DNA of 37,595 nt from the sequence record NC_019708.1, one strand, 5' to 3'. Position numbers and translations under genes: made by a program. This document shows positions 19,057 through 27,591 of the stretch, piece after piece; position 1 is the first letter of the stretch, and each line of letters begins with the position of its first letter. The notes beneath the pieces were generated by a model, which worked only from the letters and a program-made list of their open reading frames with translations, was not told the DNA's origin and searched no databases. This DNA comes from Enterobacteria phage mEp235.

Positions 19057-20157
19057 ATGCTTTATAACACTGGAACCATCGCCATTAACGGAAACAGCGC
19101 CACCGGCACGGGCACGAACTGGACGGCACCCGCCAGCCAGGTTCGCGCTGGCCAGACGATTATCGTGATGTCTAACCCGGTGCAGCTGTTTCAGATTTCA
19201 TCCGTGAACAGCGCCATGTCAATGACGGTTACTCCAGCTGCTTCCCCGGCGCTGAGCGGCCAGAAGTATGGAATTCTTGTGTCGGACATTATCTCGGTTG
19301 ATGGGCTGGCACAGGCCATGTCACAGCTCATCAAAGAGTACGACGAGAATATTGGCGCGTGGGAGACCTTCGCCAGCACCTCAGCAAACCAGCTGGTCAC
19401 TGTGACAATCAACGGCACCAGCCTCAGCATTCCTGCCATCGGTGGTCTCGCCCGGAAAGGGGCAAATAGCGATATCACAGAGCTGAAAGGGCTAAGTACA
19501 GCATTGAGTGTTGCTCAGGGTGGGACAGGTGGCAAAAACGCTACGGACGCAGCAAATAATATTGGTGTTGGGCCTGCCAGTTATCCATTATTTTCTGGAG
19601 CGACCGTTTCGACAACAGGCTATGCAATTCTCGGAGCGCAAAATACTTCGCGAGAAGCAACGGATGTTGGGGCACGCGTTCAGCTTGAAGCGTCTATTGC
19701 TGCAAACGCTCCCGCAGTAATCATACAAAGGAATAATCAGAATAATCAGACAGGACAAATACGCTCAGTACTGCCATCAACATCTGGCACACTTGCTGTG
19801 CAGGGAACATCAGGAAGAGACTATAAAAAGAACATTTCTCCTGCGAATCCAGAAGAGGCTTTAGGAAGAATACTTGCGCTTGAGCTTGTCAATTTTGTTT
19901 ACAAGGATGATGAGAAGGATCGCCAGAGATTTGGGATTATTGCGGAAGACGCAGAAGTTATTGCTCCACAATATATTAAACACAACCAAGAACCGATTCC
20001 AGGAACGGAGGTTTTCAATGAAGATGGACACAAGATAGGAGAGGAGTTCCGTGATCGCCCATCAGTAGACAATAATCCTATTGTGATGGACCTGATTGGG
20101 TGTATTCATGGGTTGCAAAGACAAATTACCGATCTTAGACAGGAGCTTGTTGACTAA
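19057..20157 (+). CDS. tail fibre protein with C-terminal intramolecular chaperone (S74-like) domain
   Basis: SD ggag before ATG 19057; C-terminal ~120 aa resemble the self-cleaving chaperone domain of fibre and tailspike proteins. Confidence 0.65.
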   Translation: MLYNTGTIAINGNSATGTGTNWTAPASQVRAGQTIIVMSNPVQLFQISSVNSAMSMTVTPAASPALSGQKYGILVSDIISVDGLAQAMSQLIKEYDENIGAWETFASTSANQLVTVTINGTSLSIPAIGGLARKGANSDITELKGLSTALSVAQGGTGGKNATDAANNIGVGPASYPLFSGATVSTTGYAILGAQNTSREATDVGARVQLEASIAANAPAVIIQRNNQNNQTGQIRSVLPSTSGTLAVQGTSGRDYKKNISPANPEEALGRILALELVNFVYKDDEKDRQRFGIIAEDAEVIAPQYIKHNQEPIPGTEVFNEDGHKIGEEFRDRPSVDNNPIVMDLIGCIHGLQRQITDLRQELVD

Positions 20158-20475
20158 AGCCTTTTAGTAAAATCTTGATTTCAGGAATCAAAACTTCCAT
20201 TGGTTAGATAGGTTGGATTAGTGAAAAAACCGCAAATCCTAGACCGACAGAGCGAGGAACATTCACGGATTGTTTACAATATGCAATGCTGCAGTCACGC
20301 AATAATTAACGGGCTGCGGCAGCGGCCAGGTTGTTCATGCCCTGGCGAGTGCAGAAAGTATATAATTTAATAATGCGGTCACCACATGTTTTGCCCGATT
20401 TTGGTTGCCGTACTGATAGCCTCAGCCGGTTCTTTGAATAATCTTGCGGTAGCCAGACTCCAACTCCCACTCCTT

Positions 20476-20519
20476 TGACAAAAAATTAGCGCAAGAAGAC
20501 AAAAATCACCTTGCGCTAA
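20476..20519 (-). terminator. tI/sib-like hairpin terminator downstream of int
   Basis: 10-bp perfect inverted repeat TTAGCGCAAG/CTTGCGCTAA with 14-nt loop, U-run on minus strand; same position and near-identical to lambda sib/tI as recalled. Confidence 0.6.
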
Positions 20520-20524
20520 TGCTC

Positions 20525-20760
20525 TGTCTCAGGTCACTAATACTATCTAAGTAGTTGATTCATAGTGACTGGATATGTTGCGTTTTGTCGCATTATGTAG
20601 TCTATCATTTAACCACAGATTAGTGTAATGCGATGATTTTTAAGTGATTAATGTTATTTTGTCATCCTTTAGGTGAATAAGTTGTATATTTAAAATCTCT
20701 TTAATTATCAGTAAATTAATGTAAGTAGGTCATTATTAGTCAAAATAAAATCATTTGTCG
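20525..20760. other. attP: lambda-type arm sites with HK022-type core
   Basis: P1 CAGGTCACTAATAC 20530-20543, P2 20561-20572, core ATCCTTTAGGTGAATAAGTTG 20664-20684, P' arms 20727-20755 overlapping int 3' end. Confidence 0.75.
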
Positions 20761-21824
20761 ATTTCAATTTTGTCCCATTCCCGTCCACGGCTGTCCCTAT
20801 ACCGCGCCGCCATTGAATCTGATTTATGCCCGAGAAGACGTTGAGCAAACTTATCGCCAATCTGGTTCCGGTATAGCCTCGCTGACAGGCTACGCAGTTC
20901 ATGGAATGTTGGCGGGTTTCCATCAAATGAGAGTCCAGATGCATTTCTCGCCTTTGTAAAATACTTTGATACTGTTTTCGGGGAAAGCGGATCGTGATGC
21001 TTTGATGCGATTATAGTTTCACTGCTGCTGGCCTCCCTGCATTGCTGTAGTGTATCAGCCAATGAGATATTGAGCGCGTCAATCGTTAGCGTTAGTGGAA
21101 TGGCGAGTTTAGCCCCTGTTTTACTCTGTTCAATGTGAAGATGGTTGTCGTTTATGTCTGACCATTTCATTCTGCACAAATCGCCTACTCTCTGCCCTGT
21201 AACGACAGCCAAATCCATTGCCAGTCTCAGCCAGATTGGGAGCGGTTCGGCCGCATGGTATATCGCGACATATTCATTAGCTGTCAGTCTTGAACGCCTT
21301 ACTTCTGATTTTGCTGTGCGGGTTGCTGTTACCGGATTCGTAGCCACATGCCCCTCGGCTATTGCCTCACGAAAAACGTCAACAAGGGTTGACCTGATTA
21401 ATTTTGCGGAAGCCGATTTGCCTTCTGCTACGTAGGTGTTTAGCATTGCTGCCACCTCTTTCGTTGATATGTCAGCGAGCGGTTTGTCAGGCAATTTTCT
21501 TCGGATTGCTCTGATTTTGCTGGCGTAGTCGAGTAGAGTTTTCGGCCTGATACCCCTCTCGCTGAGGATTGTTTCATATCGGTCAAGCCACGCATGAAGA
21601 GTGATTGCGTCAGCGCCTTTAATTCTGTCTATCAGTGACTCACGCCTGTTCCCGGATAGCAACTCAATGTTGGCCTGTATAGCTTCAGTGATTGCGATTC
21701 GCCTGTCTCGGCCTAATCCAAACTCTTTACCCGTCCTTGGGTCCCTGTAGCAGTAATATCCATTGTTTCTTATATAAAGGTTAGGGGGTAAATCCCGGCG
21801 CTCATGACTTCGCCTTCTTCCCAT
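20751..21824 (-). CDS. int: integrase, lambda-family tyrosine recombinase
   Basis: 357 aa, N-terminus MGRRRSHERRDLPPNLYIRNNGYYCYRDPRTGKEFGLGRDRR and C-terminus near-identical to lambda Int as recalled. Confidence 0.95.
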   Translation of the reverse strand: MGRRRSHERRDLPPNLYIRNNGYYCYRDPRTGKEFGLGRDRRIAITEAIQANIELLSGNRRESLIDRIKGADAITLHAWLDRYETILSERGIRPKTLLDYASKIRAIRRKLPDKPLADISTKEVAAMLNTYVAEGKSASAKLIRSTLVDVFREAIAEGHVATNPVTATRTAKSEVRRSRLTANEYVAIYHAAEPLPIWLRLAMDLAVVTGQRVGDLCRMKWSDINDNHLHIEQSKTGAKLAIPLTLTIDALNISLADTLQQCREASSSETIIASKHHDPLSPKTVSKYFTKARNASGLSFDGNPPTFHELRSLSARLYRNQIGDKFAQRLLGHKSDSMAARYRDSRGREWDKIEIDK

Positions 21825-22020
21825 TTCTGATCCTCTTCAAAAGGCTATCTGTTACTGGTCGATTTAAGTCAACCTTTACCGCTGATTCGTGGAACAGATA
21901 CTCTCTTCCATCCTTAACCGGAGGAGGGAATATCCTGCACTCGCGTACCCATCGACGAACTGTTTCAAGGCTTCTTGGGCGTCGCTGGCGAGCGTTCCAC
22001 TCCTGAAGTGTCAAGTACAT
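21802..22020 (-). CDS. xis: excisionase
   Basis: 72 aa, matches lambda Xis as recalled, overlaps int start by 23 nt. Confidence 0.9.
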   Translation of the reverse strand: MYLTLQEWNARQRRPRSLETVRRWVRECRIFPPPVKDGREYLFHESAVKVDLNRPVTDSLLKRIRNGKKAKS

Positions 22021-22045
22021 CGCAAAGTCTCCGCAATTACACGCA

Positions 22046-22068
22046 AGAAAAAGCCGCATTGATGCGGC
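22046..22068 (-). terminator. intrinsic terminator upstream of xis
   Basis: GCCGCA-TTGA-TGCGGC hairpin with U-run on minus strand. Confidence 0.45.
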
Positions 22069-22205
22069 GATGGTAGGTCTGGATATCATTGAGCAATGAA
22101 CAGGCCTCATCGAGTGTGAGGCGTTAGTCATTGCGTAGCTCGCTGATTATTCTGTAAGTCTCTGGTGCTTTGCTATCTCACGCAGTGCCTGATAGTCAAT
22201 CTTGT

Positions 22206-22391
22206 TCACTGCTTGCCTCCTTTGCGCCACATCGCATTCAGATATTTGTTGTCATTAACAGAACCGAAACTATTTCTCTTAAGCAATTCCTCTCTCGATG
22301 GCATTGGCTTTACGCGTTGGCGAATAATCATTTCTGCCGGAAGAATGCCGGGATTGTATGCAAGTCCTCTCATGGTAAATTCCTCAGTCAT
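22206..22391 (-). CDS. hypothetical small protein
   Basis: 61 aa; start overlaps stop of upstream ORF (TAATG), suggesting translational coupling. Confidence 0.4.
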   Translation of the reverse strand: MTEEFTMRGLAYNPGILPAEMIIRQRVKPMPSREELLKRNSFGSVNDNKYLNAMWRKGGKQ

Positions 22392-22680
22392 TACTGATAG
22401 CGCCATAGCGTGAGCGGTAATTACGCAGGCGCGGGTCGATATATTCAGGGAAGTGGGTATATGTTGCTTTGCGGAATGGTCGGATTGATGTCTGGTAAAT
22501 TCGCTCGCGTTCTTCTTTCTCTGCAAGCCATATACAGTGGCGAAATTCCTTTTCCTCTTTCGTTTCCTGCGGTAGAGACATTATTCGATCGTAGTTTTTT
22601 CTGAATTTATCCAGCACCTCCGATACGGAATTGCCGGAACAGCGGCGTGGGTCATCCGCACCATACAGAGGCGCTGGCAT
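22384..22680 (-). CDS. hypothetical protein
   Basis: 98 aa with SD aggag. Confidence 0.5.
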   Translation of the reverse strand: MPAPLYGADDPRRCSGNSVSEVLDKFRKNYDRIMSLPQETKEEKEFRHCIWLAEKEERERIYQTSIRPFRKATYTHFPEYIDPRLRNYRSRYGAISND

Positions 22681-22696
22681 GGTTTTCTCCTGTTGA

Positions 22697-23245
22697 TTAT
22701 TTAGCTAACTTTTTCCAGATCGCTGAAACGTATTTGGCTTGGTGGATGGCATCATCAAGCGCGTTGTGGCGAGTTCCTTTGAATGGCATATCTCGCTTAG
22801 GGTCGAATCCTATTGCCTTCCCAAGTTCGACGATTGTTCTTACGTCGCGGTCATTCCACCACTGCCACGGAACTGGCTGCCCTGTCAGCGAATAACTGTT
22901 GCGGAGAATAACGCAGTCAAATGATGCTCCATTCCCCCAAACCTGAACGAGTTTGTGGTTGGCGTTCTTTATGATGAATTCAGATAACCATGAAAGAGCC
23001 GTTGAAAGCTCTTGAGTGTTGCTGGTTAGCGATTTTCTGGCTTCTTCACTCTGTTCCATCCACCATAAAATCGTTGAAGCGTCAGGACGCGCCCGATATC
23101 GCATTGATGACTCAAGCGAGATATTTACCGAGAACTCTTCTCCTGTTTCTCCGGTATTCGGGTCAAAGAATACCGCCCCAATAGAAATAACTGGCGCATA
23201 TGGCCCGTTGCCCATTGTTTCAAGGTCAACCATTAAGTGATTCAT
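22697..23245 (-). CDS. DnaQ-like 3'-5' exonuclease (DEDDh)
   Basis: 182 aa with DLET and H-x4-D (HNALDDA) motifs. Confidence 0.7.
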   Translation of the reverse strand: MNHLMVDLETMGNGPYAPVISIGAVFFDPNTGETGEEFSVNISLESSMRYRARPDASTILWWMEQSEEARKSLTSNTQELSTALSWLSEFIIKNANHKLVQVWGNGASFDCVILRNSYSLTGQPVPWQWWNDRDVRTIVELGKAIGFDPKRDMPFKGTRHNALDDAIHQAKYVSAIWKKLAK

Positions 23246-23253
23246 GTAAGTCC

Positions 23254-23760
23254 TTAAATTGCGTGAATAGCGTGACGAGGGAAGGGGAGAGTTACTGGTG
23301 CAAAGGGTATATCGTCGTCAAAATCCATCGGAGGTTCGTTGTGTTGTGCTGGTGATGATTGCTGCTGTGGCTTCTGTGATTGCCTGCTGGCTGCTTGTTG
23401 TTTGCTGTCGCCAATTCCGCCAAGCATTTGCATCACGCCATTAATTCCGACATGAACCTCGGTTGTGTAACGGTCTTGCCCTGACTGGTCTTTCCACTTT
23501 CTGGTTCTCAGCATTCCCTCGAAATAAATCTGATCACCTTTTTTCACATACTGCCCCACGACCTCAGCCAGTTTCCCGGATACAGCAACACGATGCCATT
23601 CAGTCAATTCCTTTTGCTCGCCAGTATTTTTATCTCGCCATTGTTCTGACGTGGCTATTGTCAGGTTAGCGAACGCTGTACCTGATGGTGAGTATCGAAC
23701 TTCCGGGTCTTGTCCTACCCGACCAAGGATAATCACCTTATTTACGCCTCTGCTTGCCAT
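23254..23760 (-). CDS. ssb: single-stranded DNA-binding protein
   Basis: 168 aa, OB-fold N-terminus, Gln/Pro-rich linker, C-terminal DFDDDIPF tail. Confidence 0.9.
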   Translation of the reverse strand: MASRGVNKVIILGRVGQDPEVRYSPSGTAFANLTIATSEQWRDKNTGEQKELTEWHRVAVSGKLAEVVGQYVKKGDQIYFEGMLRTRKWKDQSGQDRYTTEVHVGINGVMQMLGGIGDSKQQAASRQSQKPQQQSSPAQHNEPPMDFDDDIPFAPVTLPFPRHAIHAI

Positions 23761-24468
23761 TTATGCCGCCTGTTTTAGTTCGTTAACTCTGATGTTCATT
23801 ACCTGAACGCATTTAGCCTGCGCCTCCTCATTGCCAGCCATTAATTGCCAGTCACGCTGATAACGCTCGATGAGTTTTTTCTTGTCAGTTTCTGTTGACG
23901 CATAATCGCTGAAGTCTTTCAGGATTTGTTCGCAGTCAACCGATGGAGATTTCTGGTTGGTATTTTCTGGTGATGGTTTGTTATCTGATGCTGGTATTGC
24001 CCATCCCGGCAGCGATGGAGGGAGCCAGTAAAATCCTGTTCCATCCTTGAGTTTTGCCCTGTGCCATCCCTGCTTTTTATCGAGAGATGTTTGTGCGAAA
24101 CCTTCCTCAAGGTTATACAGATACCGACCGATTCCCCACTGAACGGCAGCGCGCTTCATTGCACCGGAACGACCACCTTTGACGGCTTCTACCTGCGTGT
24201 TTTCAGCAGCATCCCATTTGGTTACCCATTCGGAATCAATCTTTATTGATATGCCGCATTCAACGCCGCCGTTGTTGGGAATATCGCGGTATTCATTGCG
24301 CCATCCTGCTTTGCCGCAAACATCGTCCAGGCGTTTCATGATTGCCCTGTTCGTGACATAAGCCAGCACCATAGCCCACACCTTGCCATCGCGTGTTTTA
24401 CCGCTTTGCTGTATTCGCCATTCGATATCTTCAGGGCTGAATGGCTCATCGAATTTATTCAAATCCAT
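23761..24468 (-). CDS. Erf/Rad52-superfamily single-strand annealing protein
   Basis: 235 aa with WGIGRYLY motif; adjacent to ssb and exonuclease. Confidence 0.6.
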   Translation of the reverse strand: MDLNKFDEPFSPEDIEWRIQQSGKTRDGKVWAMVLAYVTNRAIMKRLDDVCGKAGWRNEYRDIPNNGGVECGISIKIDSEWVTKWDAAENTQVEAVKGGRSGAMKRAAVQWGIGRYLYNLEEGFAQTSLDKKQGWHRAKLKDGTGFYWLPPSLPGWAIPASDNKPSPENTNQKSPSVDCEQILKDFSDYASTETDKKKLIERYQRDWQLMAGNEEAQAKCVQVMNIRVNELKQAA

Positions 24469-24555
24469 AATTCACCTCAGAATGGACATGGACCAAGGAA
24501 ATAACGCTGATTTAATACTTCGGTCTTTGCCGCATTTAAAAAGACGCGAACACCT

Positions 24556-24726
24556 TCACGATCTCCCTTCTGGCGATACATTAACGCCTGCTGCGTGTAC
24601 ATGCGTCTCTGTAACTTGCTCTCCTTCACTGTGGTTGCAAGTGACATGAATATCTCCTTCGTTACCGATTAATTCTTTCATCTGACGAATGAATTCTTCG
24701 TCTGACCAGTTATCTGTAAAACTCAT
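24556..24726 (-). CDS. hypothetical small acidic protein
   Basis: 56 aa; start overlaps stop of kil-like ORF. Confidence 0.4.
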   Translation of the reverse strand: MSFTDNWSDEEFIRQMKELIGNEGDIHVTCNHSEGEQVTETHVHAAGVNVSPEGRS

Positions 24727-24845
24727 TTCCTGCGATACCACGGATGGTTGATAGCTGATTTCATCGCTTTATTTGCTTCAAGCCACATTTTTGAATCACC
24801 AATAAATCTGGCTATTACTGCTTTGTTCTGTGCAGCACGAAGCAT
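24723..24845 (-). CDS. Kil-like small protein (tentative)
   Basis: 40-aa ORF directly downstream of cIII; loose resemblance to lambda Kil from memory only. Confidence 0.3.
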   Translation of the reverse strand: MLRAAQNKAVIARFIGDSKMWLEANKAMKSAINHPWYRRK

Positions 24846-24859
24846 CTGGTGATTAATGG

Positions 24860-24994
24860 CTATTTCATTGCGCATAACGCCTCCAGTTGTTTCTTTGCTG
24901 CTCTGATTAATTGTTTAACTCGGCGTGATAATTCAGATTCGTGCGGGTAGAAAGCGGACATGACGCCGCTACCCGCGAGCTGAAAGTGCATCAT
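24860..24994 (-). CDS. cIII: CIII-like FtsH inhibitor
   Basis: 44 aa with SD aaggag; central helix PHESELSRRVKQLIRAAKKQL resembles lambda CIII core. Confidence 0.6.
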   Translation of the reverse strand: MMHFQLAGSGVMSAFYPHESELSRRVKQLIRAAKKQLEALCAMK

Positions 24995-25060
24995 GGGTAA
25001 CTCCTTATATTTGATTGCATAACGAAAACGCCTCGAGTGAAGCGTTATTGGTATGCATAT

Positions 25061-25084
25061 AAAAAGGCCCTCACATCGGAGGGC
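25061..25084 (-). terminator. intrinsic terminator in pL operon
   Basis: GCCCTC-ACATCG-GAGGGC hairpin with U-run on minus strand. Confidence 0.5.
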
Positions 25085-25202
25085 AAAGAAGATTTCCAAT
25101 AATCAGAACAAGTCGGCTCCTGTTTAGTTACGAGCGACATTGCTCCGTGTATTCACTCGTTGGAATGAATACACAGTGCTGTGTTTATTCTGTTGTTTAT
25201 GC

Positions 25203-25228
25203 CAAAAATAAAGGCCGACTATGCGGCC
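25203..25228 (-). terminator. intrinsic terminator at 3' end of the 207-aa gene
   Basis: GGCCG-ACTATG-CGGCC hairpin followed by UUUAUUUUU on minus strand. Confidence 0.5.
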
Positions 25229-25842
25229 TCGGAAGGAAGTCCAATCATCTTATTCAAATCTTCTACCCGTAAAGCAGGAAGTGCTGTACTTGCTTTATCT
25301 GCTTCTTTTGGTAGCAACTCTTTGCTTTCAGGCCAAACTTCAATAAGTCGCTTAACTGTTGTGACTGAGTTCAAAGCAGCCCATACATTTGATTCGATAT
25401 CCTTTTTCTTGGCTTCAAGTTTTTGTTGCAATGCGCAGATTTCATCAAACCTTTTTGTTATTTCGTGTTCTGCATCAAACATGCATTTATCTTTGGTTGG
25501 AGTAGGGAGCAATATATCTTCGCCGTTGCCGTCTTTCCCATATGAATGCCATCCAACCCTTCTGCCAGATACAGTCAGATAAATTGAAGTAGAACGAACA
25601 TCGTATGAGTAAAATGAACATCCCATCTTTTCAAGTTCTTCACTTATAGCTACTAACCTGGATGATAACTGATCCACTTCCTCAGTTTTCTTTTTACCGC
25701 CAAACGCAATAACTCTGGCGTCAAGTGCAAGCTGGTTCTTTAACTTTGTTACTTCTTCAAGTTCAGTGAAAACCCCAGACTTAATTAAAGCGTTACGAGC
25801 GATTTTCTCTTTCATTCTCGTAGTTAAGCGGATTGATGACAT
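25219..25842 (-). CDS. uncharacterised soluble 207-aa protein (accessory gene in the N-cIII interval)
   Basis: SD GAGAGGAA before ATG 25842; no family recognised; bracketed by terminators. Confidence 0.6.
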   Translation of the reverse strand: MSSIRLTTRMKEKIARNALIKSGVFTELEEVTKLKNQLALDARVIAFGGKKKTEEVDQLSSRLVAISEELEKMGCSFYSYDVRSTSIYLTVSGRRVGWHSYGKDGNGEDILLPTPTKDKCMFDAEHEITKRFDEICALQQKLEAKKKDIESNVWAALNSVTTVKRLIEVWPESKELLPKEADKASTALPALRVEDLNKMIGLPSEAA

Positions 25843-25955
25843 ATTAATTCCTCTCAAATAAGTGGTTTGCTGCCTAATTTCATTTTCTGGCGACCAACAC
25901 AAGTCACACCCATTTCACTGCGTGGCTTGCTGTAATAAATTAGGTTAGTTCAGAC

Positions 25956-25980
25956 AATAAAAAACCCACCGAAGTGGGCT
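25956..25980 (-). terminator. intrinsic terminator after nun
   Basis: CCCAC-CGAA-GTGGG hairpin followed by U-run on minus strand. Confidence 0.6.
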
Positions 25981-26308
25981 ATGACCATTTTTTATTTGGA
26001 TTTCGTTGGTGAGCGTGATTAACAACTCTGTGCATTACATCCTCATATTTTTCATCTTCAATTTTTTCGACATCGCGAGGAAATGGTGTTGCTAATGCTT
26101 TGTCAACTTTGTCCATTGGTTCTTCATTAATCTTATATTCAGGACCGTCATCTATAGCATTAAATCCAGGTGTTACACCGTTTTTTAATGCATATGCTAT
26201 CCTTTTTTCCCATCTCGCTATTCTCCTCCTGTCTCGAGATGTAAGACCTCTATCAGATACTTTTCTGTTTTGTCCGCGGTCAGGATTAACATAAATAGTC
26301 TTTTTCAC
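25979..26308 (-). CDS. nun: Nun-like transcription termination/exclusion factor
   Basis: 109 aa; arginine-rich motif SRDRRRIARWEKRIAYALKN and C-terminal KKWS match HK022 Nun as recalled. Confidence 0.75.
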   Translation of the reverse strand: MKKTIYVNPDRGQNRKVSDRGLTSRDRRRIARWEKRIAYALKNGVTPGFNAIDDGPEYKINEEPMDKVDKALATPFPRDVEKIEDEKYEDVMHRVVNHAHQRNPNKKWS

Positions 26309-26319
26309 CATAAGCATAC

Positions 26320-26625
26320 TCAACAAGCACCGTACGGTAGTTTACTGTACAATTTTATTTTTTGGACTGCATGTATTTTGTTTCCTAACGGGTTTGAATC
26401 TTTGTAATAAATACTTCTATTTTTTCGAACGACTTCTTCTTTCTTCTTGCAGCAAAGGCTTCCTAGTGATGCTGCTTTGTCTGCTCTGACGCAACCAGAG
26501 AGCTTTAGCGCAATTTTTCGCGCCAGTGCTTCATTACTGCGTCGCTCGGCAATAAGTTCTGCTCTGCGAGCTTTGTAGCGGCTTTTTGCCGTACCTTTGG
26601 ATTCTTTCCAGACAATGGTTACCAT
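26320..26625 (-). CDS. N-like antitermination protein (ARM resembles phage 21 N)
   Basis: ~101 aa basic protein, first gene after pL/nutL; ARM GTAKSRYKARRAELIAERR. Confidence 0.6.
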   Translation of the reverse strand: MVTIVWKESKGTAKSRYKARRAELIAERRSNEALARKIALKLSGCVRADKAASLGSLCCKKKEEVVRKNRSIYYKDSNPLGNKIHAVQKIKLYSKLPYGAC

Positions 26626-26735
26626 GATGGTCTCCTTTAAGTGGCTTTGGCGCATGACGCGTCGAGGTGCTTATCTTCTCGATCGCTGTCTTGCAGCTGC
26701 AATTCGCGCCATCCCCAAAACCACTCAAGTTCTGG

Positions 26736-26775
26736 TCTCAACGGTTAGGTTGAGAGTCCGTCGATGTTAAAGAGC
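26736..26775 (-). promoter_or_regulatory. nutL (boxA plus boxB)
   Basis: minus-strand boxA GCTCTTTAACA (26765-26775) and boxB hairpin TCTCAAC-CTAACC-GTTGAGA (26736-26755). Confidence 0.6.
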
Positions 26776-26819
26776 CTGCCAATCTGTTCCGTTTGGCTTC
26801 CAGCGTCCTGCTGATGGCT

Positions 26820-26875
26820 TAAATTTAAGACTTCTTAATTTATTGGTCAAGTGCATTTTTGAAGAAAACTTAATT
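26820..26875 (-). promoter_or_regulatory. pL promoter with OL operators
   Basis: 18-bp operator ATTTAAGACTTCTTAATT 26823-26840 and a second at 26856-26873; minus-strand -35 TTGACC (26844-26849) and -10 TAAATT. Confidence 0.55.
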
Positions 26876-26918
26876 TTATGGGCGTGAATTTAGTTTGTCT
26901 TTGATTTTTAACGGGAAA

Positions 26919-26940
26919 TAAAAAAGGGGCGAAAGCCCCT
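26919..26940 (-). terminator. intrinsic terminator after repressor gene
   Basis: GGGGC-GAAA-GCCCC hairpin with U-run on minus strand. Confidence 0.6.
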
Positions 26941-27590
26941 TAAGGAAGGTTTGCTAGCTTGGCATCAACGACAACGCCAATGATTTTACAGTTCCCATTG
27001 ATTTCAATCATTGGGTATTGTGGATTGAGTGGTTTCAGGAATTTTCTCCCGGCATCAATAACTAACTTTTTGAATGTCGCCTCGTTTTCTCCTTCAAGTT
27101 TGGCGACTACCAGCTTTCCATTACGTGGTTCGACTTCTGGGTCGACGAGAATAATCATCCCCTCAGGAATACTCAGTCCTGCCGGGGCAGTCATTGAGTC
27201 GCCTTTAACGTCGAGCCAAAAAGAGTCTTCAGAACAATCTACCGTTGTGTCGTACCAGTTATCTATTGCACGCCTATGATATGGCTCTACAGCTTCCATC
27301 CAACATCCTGCGCTTACCCAACTAATTAGAGGATACGAACCTCTTGGATCATGCCTGCTGTGATAGGCAATGTTTGAAAGACTATCCTCTCCTTTCAACA
27401 GGTAATCAGGGGAGCACTGCAAAGCCTTGGCTAAGGCCAATAGGTTTTCGCCATTGGGCTCAGTTTCAGATCGCTCCCATTGGGAAATAGCAACATTAGA
27501 CACGCCAACCATCTTGCCAAGGGCAGCCTGCCTAATCTTGAGTTCTTTTCTGCGAGCGCGAATACGCTCACCCATCAGTTGTGTATTCAT
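26940..27590 (-). CDS. cI: CI-type repressor (P22 c2-like), HTH plus S24 LexA-like autopeptidase domain
   Basis: 216 aa; N-terminus MNTQLMGERIRARRK...QWERSETEPNGENLLAL matches P22 c2 as recalled. Confidence 0.9.
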   Translation of the reverse strand: MNTQLMGERIRARRKELKIRQAALGKMVGVSNVAISQWERSETEPNGENLLALAKALQCSPDYLLKGEDSLSNIAYHSRHDPRGSYPLISWVSAGCWMEAVEPYHRRAIDNWYDTTVDCSEDSFWLDVKGDSMTAPAGLSIPEGMIILVDPEVEPRNGKLVVAKLEGENEATFKKLVIDAGRKFLKPLNPQYPMIEINGNCKIIGVVVDAKLANLP

Positions 27591-27591
27591 A

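Noticed and set aside
20158-20475. Possible tRNA or small gene in the non-coding stretch between the tail fibre and tI
   Set aside because: I could find no cloverleaf-compatible sequence or ORF with an SD; this is consistent with non-coding sequence in the lambda b-region position next to attP.
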